In this document: in pieces, positions 19,265-29,777 of the stretch | Position numbering within the stretch: position 1 is the first letter of the stretch | Layout: the number at the start of each line of letters is the position of its first letter | Origin: Thermoplasmata archaeon | Lineage (GTDB): Archaea; Thermoplasmatota; Thermoplasmata; Lutacidiplasmatales; UBA184 | Assembly: GCA_035656275.1 (NCBI GenBank) | Contig: DASRSW010000062.1 | Location: forward strand, 986-64,985 | Reading direction: 5' to 3' | DNA: 64,000 nucleotides | The notes under the pieces: model-generated | What the model saw: the letters and a program-made list of their open reading frames with translations, nothing else | Told to the model about the DNA's origin: nothing | Databases searched by the model: none | Program-made: the position numbers and the translations under genes

Positions 19265-19747
19265 CTAACAGACGAGGTTGGCCGCTAGTTCTAGTTTGTC
19301 GAGACAGTTGTTCGTCCCCGGGACGAGCTTTGCGAATACCTGAGGCGCACGATGCTCGAGTTCCTCCAGCCCCTCGTGAACGACTAAGATGCTCGTCCGA
19401 TTTCCCGAGCGGGGCCTGAGACGGACCGTGACGAGCGTGTCAATGTACTCCCCCTTCTCCGGCTCAGTCCCGACAAAGGCCCACCGGTATACGAGGTGTT
19501 TTGGGGGGTCTATAGTGAGAAAGACTCCCACAAACTTTCCGGTACTGGACCCGTTCCTCGAATGCCAAACCTCAATCCGGCCGCCGACTCTCGGATCGAC
19601 GGTCACTCGATCAACTTCCAGTTCATCGGGCGCAATCCACCGGCGCAGTAAGTCTGGGTCCAAAAAGGCGCGGAAGACGCGGTCGGGCGGGGCGTTCAGG
19701 GTCCGGCCAATCCGTACCGCTAGGGGAGCCATTCTGGGCCAGATCAT
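19265..19747 (-). CDS. SRPBCC / AHSA1 (activator of Hsp90 ATPase-like) family protein
   Basis: Sequence pattern RVFRAFLDPDLLRRW ... GG.IEV typical of AHSA1/polyketide-cyclase-like proteins. A 4-nt overlap with the upstream ArsR gene. Confidence 0.7.
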   Translation of the reverse strand: MIWPRMAPLAVRIGRTLNAPPDRVFRAFLDPDLLRRWIAPDELEVDRVTVDPRVGGRIEVWHSRNGSSTGKFVGVFLTIDPPKHLVYRWAFVGTEPEKGEYIDTLVTVRLRPRSGNRTSILVVHEGLEELEHRAPQVFAKLVPGTNNCLDKLELAANLVC

Positions 19748-20118
19748 CGAGATTCCCGTCCTCGGGGGCGTGCCTCTTCCGAAAGAACCCTATCGAGCCG
19801 ACTCAAGCCGCGCGCCCAGTATCGCTCGTAGTACGACAGCCACTTGGAGGCCTCTTGAAACGGTCGGCCTTGAATCGAATACAGATGCTGCCGGCCCGCT
19901 TTGCGGAGGCTGACCATCCCCGAGTCCAGCAGCAAGCGCAGCTGCTTCGACACCGATGGCTGCGACAGGCTGGTCTGGTCGACCAATTCATTGACCGACC
20001 TCTCACCGTGACGAAGGGCGTCGAGCAACCGTCTGCGTGAGCGTTGAGCGAGGATTTGAAAGACGTCGGCCATGGAGAAGGAATGCCCAAAGGGATATAT
20101 GTCAGCTACGGCATGCAT
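19744..20118 (-). CDS. ArsR/SmtB family transcriptional regulator
   Basis: HTH region LRHGERSVNELVDQTSLSQPSVSKQLRLL. Classic ArsR-AHSA1 operon arrangement. Confidence 0.75.
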   Translation of the reverse strand: MHAVADIYPFGHSFSMADVFQILAQRSRRRLLDALRHGERSVNELVDQTSLSQPSVSKQLRLLLDSGMVSLRKAGRQHLYSIQGRPFQEASKWLSYYERYWARGLSRLDRVLSEEARPRGRESR

Positions 20119-20176
20119 CTACAGCGCGAACCGTAGTACTGAATTCGGACGGCGCCGCCAAGGGAGTTGGAAACCG

Positions 20177-20767
20177 ATGCGCAAAGTCACGGCCAATGTC
20201 TACATGACTGTCGACGGGCGTGGAGAATTCCCAAAGTACCCCGGATGGGATAGAGATTCGGGCGAAGCCAATCCGCTATTCGAAAAGATGTGGATTCCGA
20301 GATACAACGACGTGACCACAGTCGTCATGGGTCGACGGTCTTTCGTCGGTCACCGGAAGGTGTGGACCGAGAAGGCGCGGAAGCCGAAGGACCCGAAGTA
20401 CGCTCACGATTTCGCTCGATTCCTTGACCGGGTCGACAAGGTCTGTCTTTCCCATCGGCTCAAAGCCTCGAAGTGGGAGAACACTCGGATCATGAAGGGG
20501 GACCTTTCGAAGATTGTGGCGAAACTCAAGCGCGAGAAGGGCGGGAACATCATCATCGAGGGGGGCCCTCGGCTGATTTTCGATGTGTTCCGCCGGGATC
20601 TCGCGGATGATTACTGGTTCGTGATGATGCCGGTGGTGTACGGTCGCGGGCCGCACTACTGGGGTAAAATGAACAGTCAGTGCACGCTGAAGCTTCTGGA
20701 GTCCACTGCGACCCAGGATGGTGAACTCTTCCTCCACTACGATGCGGTTCATGGATTCAAGGGCTAG
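20177..20767 (+). CDS. Dihydrofolate reductase-like (RibD C-terminal domain) family protein
   Basis: ANVYMTVDG...TVVMGRRSF...IIEGGPRLIFDVF pattern. Start moved to the internal ATG at 20177. Confidence 0.7.
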   Translation: MRKVTANVYMTVDGRGEFPKYPGWDRDSGEANPLFEKMWIPRYNDVTTVVMGRRSFVGHRKVWTEKARKPKDPKYAHDFARFLDRVDKVCLSHRLKASKWENTRIMKGDLSKIVAKLKREKGGNIIIEGGPRLIFDVFRRDLADDYWFVMMPVVYGRGPHYWGKMNSQCTLKLLESTATQDGELFLHYDAVHGFKG

Positions 20768-21039
20768 TCTGGCCCACGCGCCTTGAATCGTTCCACGGTT
20801 AAGACTGCCGAGAGAGACCTAACGATCGCTGCCCCAGTCAGTCCAAGAAGTCCCTGGATTTCGTGTAGTCCCGACCTAGCGGCAGATTTCTTGACCCCAA
20901 ACAAAACTGTCGAGCTTCAAACACCTGTCGGCCTGTGCTGTCGGAATGGGGGTTGAGCGGCATTCGTGCGTTGACTTCACGTCAATCGGGCCATCTCCAG
21001 CCCTTTGACTCGACTTCCTCAAGCAGGTCCGCAAACTGG

Positions 21040-21680
21040 CTATGACTCTCTCGACTCCCGTGAGAGCTTCGGCGGATTTGTGGTCGTCAATGCAACCACT
21101 CGCAACCCCGCAGCGCGAGCGGACTCGATTCCGAGTGGTGCGTTCTCCAACACCAAGACTTCATCGGCATTGACGGCCAGCTTCTTCAGTGCAAGCAGGT
21201 ACGCATCTGGGTCGGGCTTTGTCCTCGAAACATCCTCGGCGGTCACAATCACTTTGAAAAGGCTCAGTATGGCCCGAGATTTCTGGTGACAACGTCGTGC
21301 CAATTGCCCGAAGCAAGCGCGAGGCTTACTTGATGCGCTTGGAGTTCGCGGATGACCCTCTCGGCATCAGCGTAGAGAGGCATCGTCCCGAGGAAGTGGA
21401 AGAGCAGCTGATGGAGCTCGCTCATCTAATCCAACTGTTCCTCCGTGAAACTGACCCCGTGGTCCTGTGCGACGATACTTATCAGGTCCCGGGATCGTCT
21501 ACCCTCATTCGCGAGGACTTCACCAGGAACGATGGCTAGACCGAACCGACGAAAGATGGAAAGGTACACCTCGGCGTTCAGTTCCATCGATTGGAAGAGA
21601 ACTGTGTCTCCGTCGAAGATGACCCCCCTTAGTCGCCGCCGGATTGTGTCGGGGCCTGGGGGATGACGAATCGACGCCAT
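21040..21680 (-). pseudogene. HAD-IA (beta-phosphoglucomutase-like) hydrolase pseudogene, split by a frameshift into ORFs 21426-21680 and 21040-21303
   Basis: The N-terminal fragment has a degenerate motif I (GVIFDGDTVL). The C-terminal fragment has KPDPDAY...VLVLENAPLGIESARAAG. The two ORFs are in different frames with a 123-nt gap. Confidence 0.55.
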
Positions 21681-22140
21681 AGCCCACAGTCAATCCGCCT
21701 GGGCGACCTTCATCCGGGACCTCGGGGCACCGCCCCCGAAGGTCCAGATCAGCCGCGGGGAGTTGTATTCGACCTGGACGGAACGCTGGTCCCGAGTCAC
21801 CACGACTTTAGGAAGATGCAGGACGCGATCATCTCTATCGCTGTTCGTACTGGCGCCCGGGAGAGGACATTGGTCGCCACCGAAAGTGTCGGAACGAGTC
21901 AGATTCTGAGCGACGCACGGAGAGAGTTGATCCGCGCAGAAGTCTCGACGAAAGCCCTTGCACGATTTCACGAGGAGGTGGCATTCGTTGTAGACGCAAT
22001 AGAGATGACCGCGGGCAATCGGACGACGCTCCGACGCGGGGCGAAGGAACTCCTCGAGTACTTGAAAGGGCAGGGCTACCGGCTCGGGCTCTTCACCCGC
22101 GCATCGGGCCCATTCTGCGTTGAAATCCTGACAAGGATTC
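21663..22140 (+). pseudogene. Truncated HAD hydrolase gene (motifs I and II present, motifs III/IV missing). The reading frame runs into the tRNA-like remnant at 22127.
   Basis: GVVFDLDGTLV and GYRLGLFTRAS are present. No K/DD motifs follow before the att-like sequence. Confidence 0.45.
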
Positions 22141-22147
22141 GAATCCA
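22127..22147 (-). other. tRNA 3'-end-like remnant (CCTGACAAGGATTCGAATCC), shares a 17-18 nt core with 5047-5066
   Basis: Exact match of CCTGACAAGGATTCGAA to 5047-5063. The T-arm is non-canonical (palindromic GGATTCGAATCC). Confidence 0.35.
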
Positions 22148-22575
22148 GTCCCGCCGCGTGTCACAGCGTTTTTGAAGGGTTCGGCTGATTGGCACGGGCG
22201 GTGCCCTCTAGCTCAACCTCGGGACACAGTATCGTGTCCTGTACACCACTCGACTGGAGCTTTTTCCACCGTCGGGCCGTGGCCGATGTTCTGACTACGG
22301 CCAAGCGGTGGCAATCTGCCATGATGAGCGGCGAACTATGACTAACTCGTGCTACTTTCACCACAGCGAAGGACGAAGAGGAAGATCAGCGTCGAGTCAA
22401 GGGGGGTGGAGCAGGTAGTTTACCGCTCCGGAGCTAAAATCCATAGAAACGCTGCGTCACGCGCAGCCATGCACTGATTCGCCGACGCTCCCCCTCCAAT
22501 GCCGAACTCGGCGGATCGACCTACTACAACTGTGCATTGTGCTCACCATGGTGAGGGCCCTGCGAGCCTTCACAC

Positions 22576-23391
22576 TCAGAATCGTACCCAGCCCAACCAC
22601 TCCGCAAGAGCGATTCCCCCTGCGACTACCGCTGAGCCCAGGACCGACGCTTGGAACCACGCTTTCTCCCAGAACGACCTGATCTGAAAGTCAAGTCTGT
22701 AGGTTGAGGACTTGACACGACCCGCTGTGCTGTAGCTCAGGGTAAACGGAATGCTGTAGGTTCCCGCGGCCGCCCAGAACGGGATTTGGGCACGAATTAG
22801 GAAGGGCTGGTGGCGGACAATGACTCCCTCGGAACTGATTTCGGTGATGTCTACCTCTCCCACCGTCCGGTACCCCCTGTCAACTTCCGAGTCCTCGGGT
22901 CGGCGAGAGCCGCGGGGATTCGCGCTCGTCAGGAGGGGGAAGAAGTGGGCGATTGGCACCTTCATGTCCGCGCCATGTTGAGTGACAAGGATTTCGTGGA
23001 CGTCCTTGATCGCGACCAGCGGAGTTCCTTCTGGAATCGCTTCTTCCGCGATTCCTTGCGGCATGCCGGTCGATATCGATGAGGTTACTGAAATGCAATC
23101 GTCCTCACTCGATTGTCCTCGCTTGAGAAACAGCCCGAGCGGCGGATAGAAAGAGAGCTTTGCCCACTGAGGTATGCCGTAGCCCGAAAAGTAAACGTGA
23201 ACTAGCAAGTCATCACCCCACCCGAGAGAGTGTTTCTCCACTCTCGCGGAGAGATCCCAGTTCGCTTCACCTGCCCCGGCCTCTCCATAGGGAACCACCG
23301 GACTGAGGATATCTCGGGCGGGGACGTGCGGGGGCCCGTGGGCAGGGAACCCTTGGTCGGGGACGTTGACGGGGCGAATCCTCTTCGGCAA
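22576..23391 (-). CDS. Hypothetical protein (271 aa), downstream of the NERD-like gene
   Basis: ORF with protein-like composition. No recognisable motif. Confidence 0.5.
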   Translation of the reverse strand: MPKRIRPVNVPDQGFPAHGPPHVPARDILSPVVPYGEAGAGEANWDLSARVEKHSLGWGDDLLVHVYFSGYGIPQWAKLSFYPPLGLFLKRGQSSEDDCISVTSSISTGMPQGIAEEAIPEGTPLVAIKDVHEILVTQHGADMKVPIAHFFPLLTSANPRGSRRPEDSEVDRGYRTVGEVDITEISSEGVIVRHQPFLIRAQIPFWAAAGTYSIPFTLSYSTAGRVKSSTYRLDFQIRSFWEKAWFQASVLGSAVVAGGIALAEWLGWVRF

Positions 23392-23650
23392 ATTCGATTC
23401 TCGCTCTACCGCCCCTCAGCGGCCGAAGCTGCCTGCGTCTCCTGTGGGTCAGTGAACGTGGTAAGAGCTAGGGAGTGCCGATACAAGGGGATGGCGCACG
23501 TGGATCATAACCTGGAATGCTGACTGGCCGAAATACACCAGCTGCAATGGTCAGGCTAACGCAAAGCTCGAAATGCGCGACACCCTCAAGCTTGATTCTG
23601 CGGCCATGGCAAGCTTTCGGATTGGCGTCTAGTCCGACCCGTCAGATTGC

Positions 23651-25378
23651 TCAGTCTGGGGCCTCAGACCCTGGTTCACTAAGGCTCGGAATCAACGCGT
23701 CGGCCGAGCTTGCGCCTCGTCGAAGGAACTTCTTCACGTAGCTTGGAGGCGGATCAATCATCAGATCTTCATAGGGATCAAAGTTCAGAAGTCGATCGGC
23801 CTCAGCAAGACACTGCTTCTGATATCCTACGTCGCTCCCGATTATCGAAACTCGAACCTGTTTCCGTTCACCGACTTCCCATCGAGCTTGATCTCGTATG
23901 AGGAAGGCCCTGAGCATGTCGAACTCATCGGTGGGGAGCGTAGTCTGAAGTCGAAGTCGCTCAGACCTCCAGTCGAGATAATCGACGAGCTCCGAGGATG
24001 GGATCTTGTCGAGCAGGTAATTGAAATCGAAGACGTTGATGATCAACGGCCTCGTCAGTCCTTGGAGTGCCTTTCCAATTGTCCCTTTCATCGTGCATTG
24101 AAGGGGAATAGCCGGAAAGTAGGCCTCGAGAACAATGAGATTCCCGAATATGTTAGCCGAGTCGAGTCCCTCCTCGCAGGCGTGCGCCTGCTCAGCGGCG
24201 TGCAGAATCGTGCTTTCGACGTCGCGGTAGAATCCGAGGTAAGTTCCCCAGCGACCCGCGGGCGATAGGGGGCGGGCTTTGCATTGGACAAAAAAGCGGC
24301 CACCGCTTGGGAGCACCATGACGAGATCGATTTCTGGAGACCGCGGGTTCGAGCGAACATCGTTGTGAACCATGACTTCAGGCCAGGACCGCTTGATTCG
24401 GCCTGCGACGACTCGCTCAAAGGACTTGCCAATAGTCGACCCGTAGTAACCTAGTTCTCGCGAGTCGAGACGTTCGGCCAACCCCCAATGAATAGCTGAC
24501 GGAAGTTCGCGATCGAGGATGTGGGTGTCGAGCAACTGAACCCCTCCGTCTCGTCTCTTGAGAAATGTCCAGCGGCTGATCGACGGAAAGGGCTCTGCGA
24601 GAGCGTTCAGGTCTGTCGCCAGGAAGAATGGAACCGCTGGATTCAGTCCGATGAGTGGAAGTCGGTCGAGCTTATCCTTCGAAAGGGTGATTGCATCCAC
24701 TATCATTTCGAGGAACACGGCGGGAGGAAGCAGGACTCGGCCCGCGTACTTGTGCGGGTGCCGGCCGTACCATCGCATCTGAGCCATCTCCTTACGAAAC
24801 CCGGACACGGCCGGCGTTCCGCGATGGACCATCCACCATGCAAACCGACAGGCGTCCTCCGAGGTGAACCCAAGGTGCTTGACCAACAGCTGGTCTGATG
24901 TCCAAAACTTCTCCATCACATAGACCACGCATTCACCCAGAGTCGGACCTCCCTCCACCAATTCGGCCAGACTTTGAAGGGCAAAGGCAGCCGAACCCGA
25001 TTCCGAGTGTTCCGGCTCCAGGTCGATGGGCTCCAAGGGGTTCAATCCAGGGCCTTCGCCGAACGCCTCGTAAAGGCCCTGCAAGACCTCACGAGTCTTG
25101 ACCAGAGTCGCCCGCTCTCTCCCGCTCCCAGAGCTGCGTTCCAGTGTTCGACGGACTGCAAGGTGGGTCGGGAGGAGCTGTCCTGGCATTTCACCGTTCC
25201 AGAGATGGATCGCTGCCTCAGCAGCCAGGAGCTCCTCAACGTCGAGCTGACTGATCCGCGCTGTGAGAGCCTCTGGTTGACTGACTTGGGCTCCATGGTG
25301 CGCGTCTCGTCTGGCGTGCCTCATCCTCAGGACATTGGGTCCTGCGCCATAAGAGTACAATAGGAGAGGACAGGTCAC
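23651..25378 (-). CDS. Hypothetical protein with a NERD-like / PD-(D/E)xK-like nuclease motif
   Basis: The segment EIDLVMVLPSGGRFFVQCK matches the NERD pattern (E-I-D-hhhh ... G-hF-V-h-E/Q-x-K). Confidence 0.55.
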   Translation of the reverse strand: MTCPLLLYSYGAGPNVLRMRHARRDAHHGAQVSQPEALTARISQLDVEELLAAEAAIHLWNGEMPGQLLPTHLAVRRTLERSSGSGRERATLVKTREVLQGLYEAFGEGPGLNPLEPIDLEPEHSESGSAAFALQSLAELVEGGPTLGECVVYVMEKFWTSDQLLVKHLGFTSEDACRFAWWMVHRGTPAVSGFRKEMAQMRWYGRHPHKYAGRVLLPPAVFLEMIVDAITLSKDKLDRLPLIGLNPAVPFFLATDLNALAEPFPSISRWTFLKRRDGGVQLLDTHILDRELPSAIHWGLAERLDSRELGYYGSTIGKSFERVVAGRIKRSWPEVMVHNDVRSNPRSPEIDLVMVLPSGGRFFVQCKARPLSPAGRWGTYLGFYRDVESTILHAAEQAHACEEGLDSANIFGNLIVLEAYFPAIPLQCTMKGTIGKALQGLTRPLIINVFDFNYLLDKIPSSELVDYLDWRSERLRLQTTLPTDEFDMLRAFLIRDQARWEVGERKQVRVSIIGSDVGYQKQCLAEADRLLNFDPYEDLMIDPPPSYVKKFLRRGASSADALIPSLSEPGSEAPD

Positions 25379-25761
25379 CGATGCGCTTCAAACCAACCCG
25401 GCTCACCACATTTCGATCTCCAGTTCCGACTGAGGACCCTGACCAGCAGTCGACGAGTTCACGACTGCTACTCTGAGTGTGGAGCAGGAAACAATGGTCC
25501 TGAATGTGTGACAAATGCACGATGATTCCGCCGGTCCGACTCGTAGGCCTGACTAGAACCAAACCCTCAACGGCCAGACCATGATTCCCCCAGAGCAAGC
25601 CAGGGACTTCGAGCTCAGCCCCACGGGGACAAGACGCGTGGCCAGCACGCTTACAGAGGGGGGCTCGTCAATCACTTCCGCATTCCTTGCAGCCCGTGGG
25701 TTCCCTAACCAAGAACTGAACGTGGGACGGGCGTAGCCAACGTCGAGCCGGCGTCGGTTGG

Positions 25762-26460
25762 TCAGATGGTCCCCAATGTGCTCTGGTTCGGGGTCGGCCC
25801 GCGGTGCCTGGCTAGGCCTGTTGCTTGAAAGATCCTCGAAACCCGGTGTGACCCGACTCGGCCAAACTTCACGAGCTCACGCTGCCGAAACCCCCGTCGG
25901 ACGAGGTTCTCGATGACCGCGTCGGTCGCTCCGAATCTCGCGAACACTTCTACCGGTGAACCTTCGGTCCAAGTCCGCACTCTCTCGCCACGCTCTCGGG
26001 CCGCCTCCTCCTGGGCACGCCGCTCCGCTTCGGCGGCGAGTCGCTGGCGAGCAGCCTGGGTGGCGAGGGCTAGATTCCGTCGCGCCCTCTCAGCGGCTTG
26101 TGCTCTCCAGTACCGACGACATTCGAGCTGATAGTCGTTCACCGCTCGGACCAAGGCTTGGTCAACCTCGGGAGGCGGAACCAAGTAAGTCTGTCCTGCG
26201 CCCTCGAGAAGTAACCCGTTCGCCACCGCACTCTCCAGCGCATGGGGCATGATCTTGACTTCCCCCCAAGTACCCCCCCGTCCGGTTCGAGTCTGCCAGC
26301 GCCAGCAGGCTAGCACCGCTTTGTGGGCGTCACCGGCGCGACGGAGATAGTCGAGGTAGTACCTGTATCGTGCAGGGTCATCCAGCCGCCGAAGGAGTTC
26401 GCGTCTCACGAGATATGTGAGAACCCGCGGGCCTAATATCCGCTTTGGAAGCGACGGCAT
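25762..26460 (-). CDS. Hypothetical protein (232 aa)
   Basis: ORF only. Confidence 0.5.
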   Translation of the reverse strand: MPSLPKRILGPRVLTYLVRRELLRRLDDPARYRYYLDYLRRAGDAHKAVLACWRWQTRTGRGGTWGEVKIMPHALESAVANGLLLEGAGQTYLVPPPEVDQALVRAVNDYQLECRRYWRAQAAERARRNLALATQAARQRLAAEAERRAQEEAARERGERVRTWTEGSPVEVFARFGATDAVIENLVRRGFRQRELVKFGRVGSHRVSRIFQATGLARHRGPTPNQSTLGTI

Positions 26461-26544
26461 CCGGCCGGCATCGTAACCAGCATCACGGGGACATCAGCGT
26501 CGGCATCAGCCACGGCATCAAGCGTCCGGCTGACCCATCCGGCT

Positions 26545-26590
26545 ACGCGCGCGTGCGTAACGCGCGCGCCTAACGCGCGCGCGCCAGGCA
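26545..26590. repeat. Tandem (CG)n-containing repeat, about 3 x T(A)ACGCGCGCGC, in the upstream region of 25762-26460
   Basis: ctacgcgcgcgtgcg / taacgcgcgcgcc / taacgcgcgcgcgcc read directly. Confidence 0.5.
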
Positions 26591-27379
26591 ACCCCGTCCG
26601 CATCCGCCTGACCCCGGCGGACGGATCACAGCGGGGTGGTCAGCCGGACCGTTCGCCCAATGCTTAGGCTACACGAGAAGGCAACGCGTGTGCTGAAGAT
26701 GGATCGGTGGACCGCCTAAGTAGACGACATGGTCGAGATTCACGCGAATCATGCCAGTCGGTTTGGGCCATGGACGTCCCCGACTGACTCGAGAAAGACT
26801 GGCCTCGACTAGTGGTCGAAGGACGCCGGCGTGCCGGTTGCAACCAAGCGCCAACGGGCCCGTCAGCGGCCCAGCGATGGCGAAGGTTGCTTTGGCCCCA
26901 CATGCGCCGCATCGTCTCGGGTCGGGGTTTCCACTCTGATCTCTCCAGACCAACTGCGCACCACCCTCGGCGGACATACACGATCGCCCCGTGGGGGTGG
27001 CGCATTAGGTGTTCGCTCCATCGGCGCCGACATCCGGGCCGATTTCCATGCCACAAGTCTGACGGGGTCGTCAACTGACGGGTGACTGGCCACCTGCGTC
27101 TTCCGCGATCGGCCTGTGAGCCATCGGCACGGACCCCGTCCGACCCCGCGAAGATCGCTTTTGCAGTCCATCGGTGGGACGGCTAGTCCGCGGGGTGCCG
27201 ACCACACTCGCCGGAGTTCATCCGCACTCGATTCGCTCACCTTGATCGTCGGACATTCCTGGGCGACGGCGACCGCGGAGCTGGGTCACCTGAAAGGGAA
27301 CGAGCACCGGTTTCGACGCCGGTCAACCGAGGGATGCACAACGGGTCGACATCCCAGCGAAACGGTGCGGATGGGTAAC

Positions 27380-27994
27380 TCAGGCGACCACTTCTTTTCC
27401 GCCGATGGCGGCCGACTGCGTCCCAAAGGAGGTCAGTGAATCTCGTTCCACCGGGGAACGCGATACCGCGATGACGGTGCCGAAGTCCCGACCGACTCTG
27501 ACCCTCACGTCGACAAGTTCGGGTACTTCTGCGAGGAGAGGTTGCCACCAAAGCGGGTCGGACTCGCCCTTCGGTCGCCGCCACCGCACATCGGCGTCCG
27601 TGACACTCGTAGGATTCACTGCTGAAACGACCGCAATCGCTCCGATGCTCACTGCTGGGTAATGTCCGTCGGCGAGTCGGGGGAGCGGGCGCAAGCGATT
27701 GTAGAGCGAGTATCGTGCCTGAGGGCTTCGCGCCTTGCACAGAGCCGAGAAAACGCCTCGACGGTGGGCCTCAAGGTATTCGTCGACCTTAACGACCTTG
27801 CTGTGGCTTCCGCATTCACGAAAGGCATCCGCAATGGCATTGGTGAGTTGGTCCTCACTCAACCCTGAAACGAGAATCCTTGGACCGCGGTGATCCCGCC
27901 GTGCCGTCATCGGCCGGGGAGGGCACTCCTGCATTTCTCGTCTTCCTACCCATGGACGTAGCGCCATGGGTCGCTCTCCGTCGGGCAAACCCAC
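27380..27994 (-). CDS. Hypothetical protein (204 aa)
   Basis: ORF only. Confidence 0.4.
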   Translation of the reverse strand: MGLPDGERPMALRPWVGRREMQECPPRPMTARRDHRGPRILVSGLSEDQLTNAIADAFRECGSHSKVVKVDEYLEAHRRGVFSALCKARSPQARYSLYNRLRPLPRLADGHYPAVSIGAIAVVSAVNPTSVTDADVRWRRPKGESDPLWWQPLLAEVPELVDVRVRVGRDFGTVIAVSRSPVERDSLTSFGTQSAAIGGKEVVA

Positions 27995-28490
27995 GGGGCG
28001 CAGCGGGGACGCCCCGGCGGGAGACGACCGCGATCAACTACCAGCCCGCCTGAACGCCGCTTGCCTACACCTTGCTCCGCTCCCCGCCGTCCATCCGTGG
28101 GCCCAGACGGGTGGGCCCCGTGGGCGAGTCCGGTGACCGGGATTCGACCTCAGATTGGCACCGAAAGACCGGCGAAGCAGAAGAGCAGAGGGTGATCCGA
28201 CATGGCTGATCCAGGGAGTTCCCCGGAGCCTGCCGAACCCTCTGAGGGCGGAGGGTCCTCAAAACGCGCTGCGCATGCTGCTGAGGAGAGGGTGCGCGCG
28301 TCTGTATTCGTGGGTTCCAACCTTCTTTACGCCTGGCGATTGATTCAAGCCAGAGCTAACGAACTAGCAACCCACGTTGACACGTCTTCGAAGTCGAAAA
28401 CTCACGATGTGAAGGCGCTCTCGAGAAAGCCAAAGCCCGGCAAAGCGCCCCCGCGGGATGACCCCCCTCTGACGGCTCCCGGTCAGTCAC

Positions 28491-29270
28491 ATGCCGAAGG
28501 ACGTACCGACTTCTGAGCAACCGTCGAGAGCGGCCGACCCAGCGTCCGATTCTGTCGACGGTGAACGTGGCGTCGCTCTTTACATTCGTGTGAGCACGAA
28601 CGATCAGAGCCTGGAAGGACAGGAACGCGAACTGCGACAGGAGGCGACGAGCCGTGGCTGGACGGTCGTGGCCGTCTACAAGGAGAAGGCTTCGGCCAAT
28701 GGCAAGTCGGCACGCCATGCCTACGACAGGCTGATTCGAGACGCCGGCCGACCGCGCCGACCCTGGCGGCATCTGCTGGTCTGGGCGCTTGACAGGTTCA
28801 GCCGCGATGAGACCTTCACTCGGGCGACCCAGACGATACTCGACTTGGAGCGCACGGGCGTCAGATTCCACTCCCTAAAGGAGCCGACGTTGGACACTCC
28901 GGACGACGGACGACCCAACCTGGGTCGGGATGGCCTCCTCGCCCTGCTCCCGGTTATCGCCAGTTTCGAGTCGAGGCGTCGCTCGGAGAGAGTCCGAGTC
29001 GCGATGAGAGAGATTCGAGAGGGTCGCCGTCGCACGCGATCGGGTCGCCCACCGGGTCGACCGCGGAGGCTCACACCGGAGAAGGTGCAGCAGATTCTTC
29101 GCTTCCGGTCGCAAGGCCTCCCCTGGTCAACGATCGTTCAACGAGTAGGCTTACCCTCGGGCACATGCCGCTACGCCTTTTCGATGGCCAAACGCGCGGC
29201 TGTCGAGAACTCCGGTATGTGCAACGCGGGGGCGAGTAGCGGGAGTCCTGAAGGTCCTCCAACGGCATGA
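28491..29270 (+). CDS. Serine recombinase (resolvase/invertase family) with C-terminal HTH
   Basis: ALYIRVSTNDQSLEGQ with catalytic Ser. LLVWALDRFSRD. VRFHSL.EP.LDT. C-terminal HTH (WSTIVQRVGL). Confidence 0.85.
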   Translation: MPKDVPTSEQPSRAADPASDSVDGERGVALYIRVSTNDQSLEGQERELRQEATSRGWTVVAVYKEKASANGKSARHAYDRLIRDAGRPRRPWRHLLVWALDRFSRDETFTRATQTILDLERTGVRFHSLKEPTLDTPDDGRPNLGRDGLLALLPVIASFESRRRSERVRVAMREIREGRRRTRSGRPPGRPRRLTPEKVQQILRFRSQGLPWSTIVQRVGLPSGTCRYAFSMAKRAAVENSGMCNAGASSGSPEGPPTA

Positions 29271-29736
29271 CGCCGCGCGAAACCTAAGGTAGAGGGCATC
29301 CTGGACTCCCTTCGCCCTCACCGAGTGGGACGATTCGACAGGGCGCCACAGGCTTACGGTGACCCGCAACCTCCCATGGAATCCAGGAAGGACCGGGAAG
29401 CTCGGCTCACAGCGCCCCTTGGAGGGCCAAGGATTGCACCGGACGCGACGCGAGTAGCTGAGAGCACTCCGGGAAGGAAGTTCGACAGGTTCGCGTTGTC
29501 AATGCGGGACGTTGGAAAGGGTCAGACTTCCGGGCTCTCGGTGGGACGAGCCACGTGCGGGTGCGACCCCGGACTGCTGGCTGGGTGATACCGGTTAACC
29601 AAGAGTTTCCGGCTCGGTGCCGATCCCCAACCCCAGCATGACGACGTCGGTTACTGCGTCAAGTGCGAAATCCTCTCCCAGACCTTACTGGAGACGTCCT
29701 GAATCTCCGAACAGTCTGCCGCCCGCCGAACCACAG

Positions 29737-29745
29737 TTTATATAC
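29737..29745 (+). promoter_or_regulatory. Archaeal TATA box (TTTATATAC) about 35 nt upstream of the ATG at 29778
   Basis: gtttatataccgtaacc read directly. Suggests a leaderless transcript. Confidence 0.4.
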
Positions 29746-29777
29746 CGTAACCCCCGGAGTGCTAGCCGTTCCTCGAC

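Noticed and set aside
5047-22147. Calling complete tRNA genes at the T-arm-like loci (3323, 5047, 8524, 19041, 22127, 37701)
   Set aside because: By hand none folds into a full cloverleaf: no 5' acceptor partner and poor T-stem pairing in two of them. They are reported only as tRNA 3'-end-like remnants. An intron-containing or split tRNA cannot be excluded without tRNAscan-SE.
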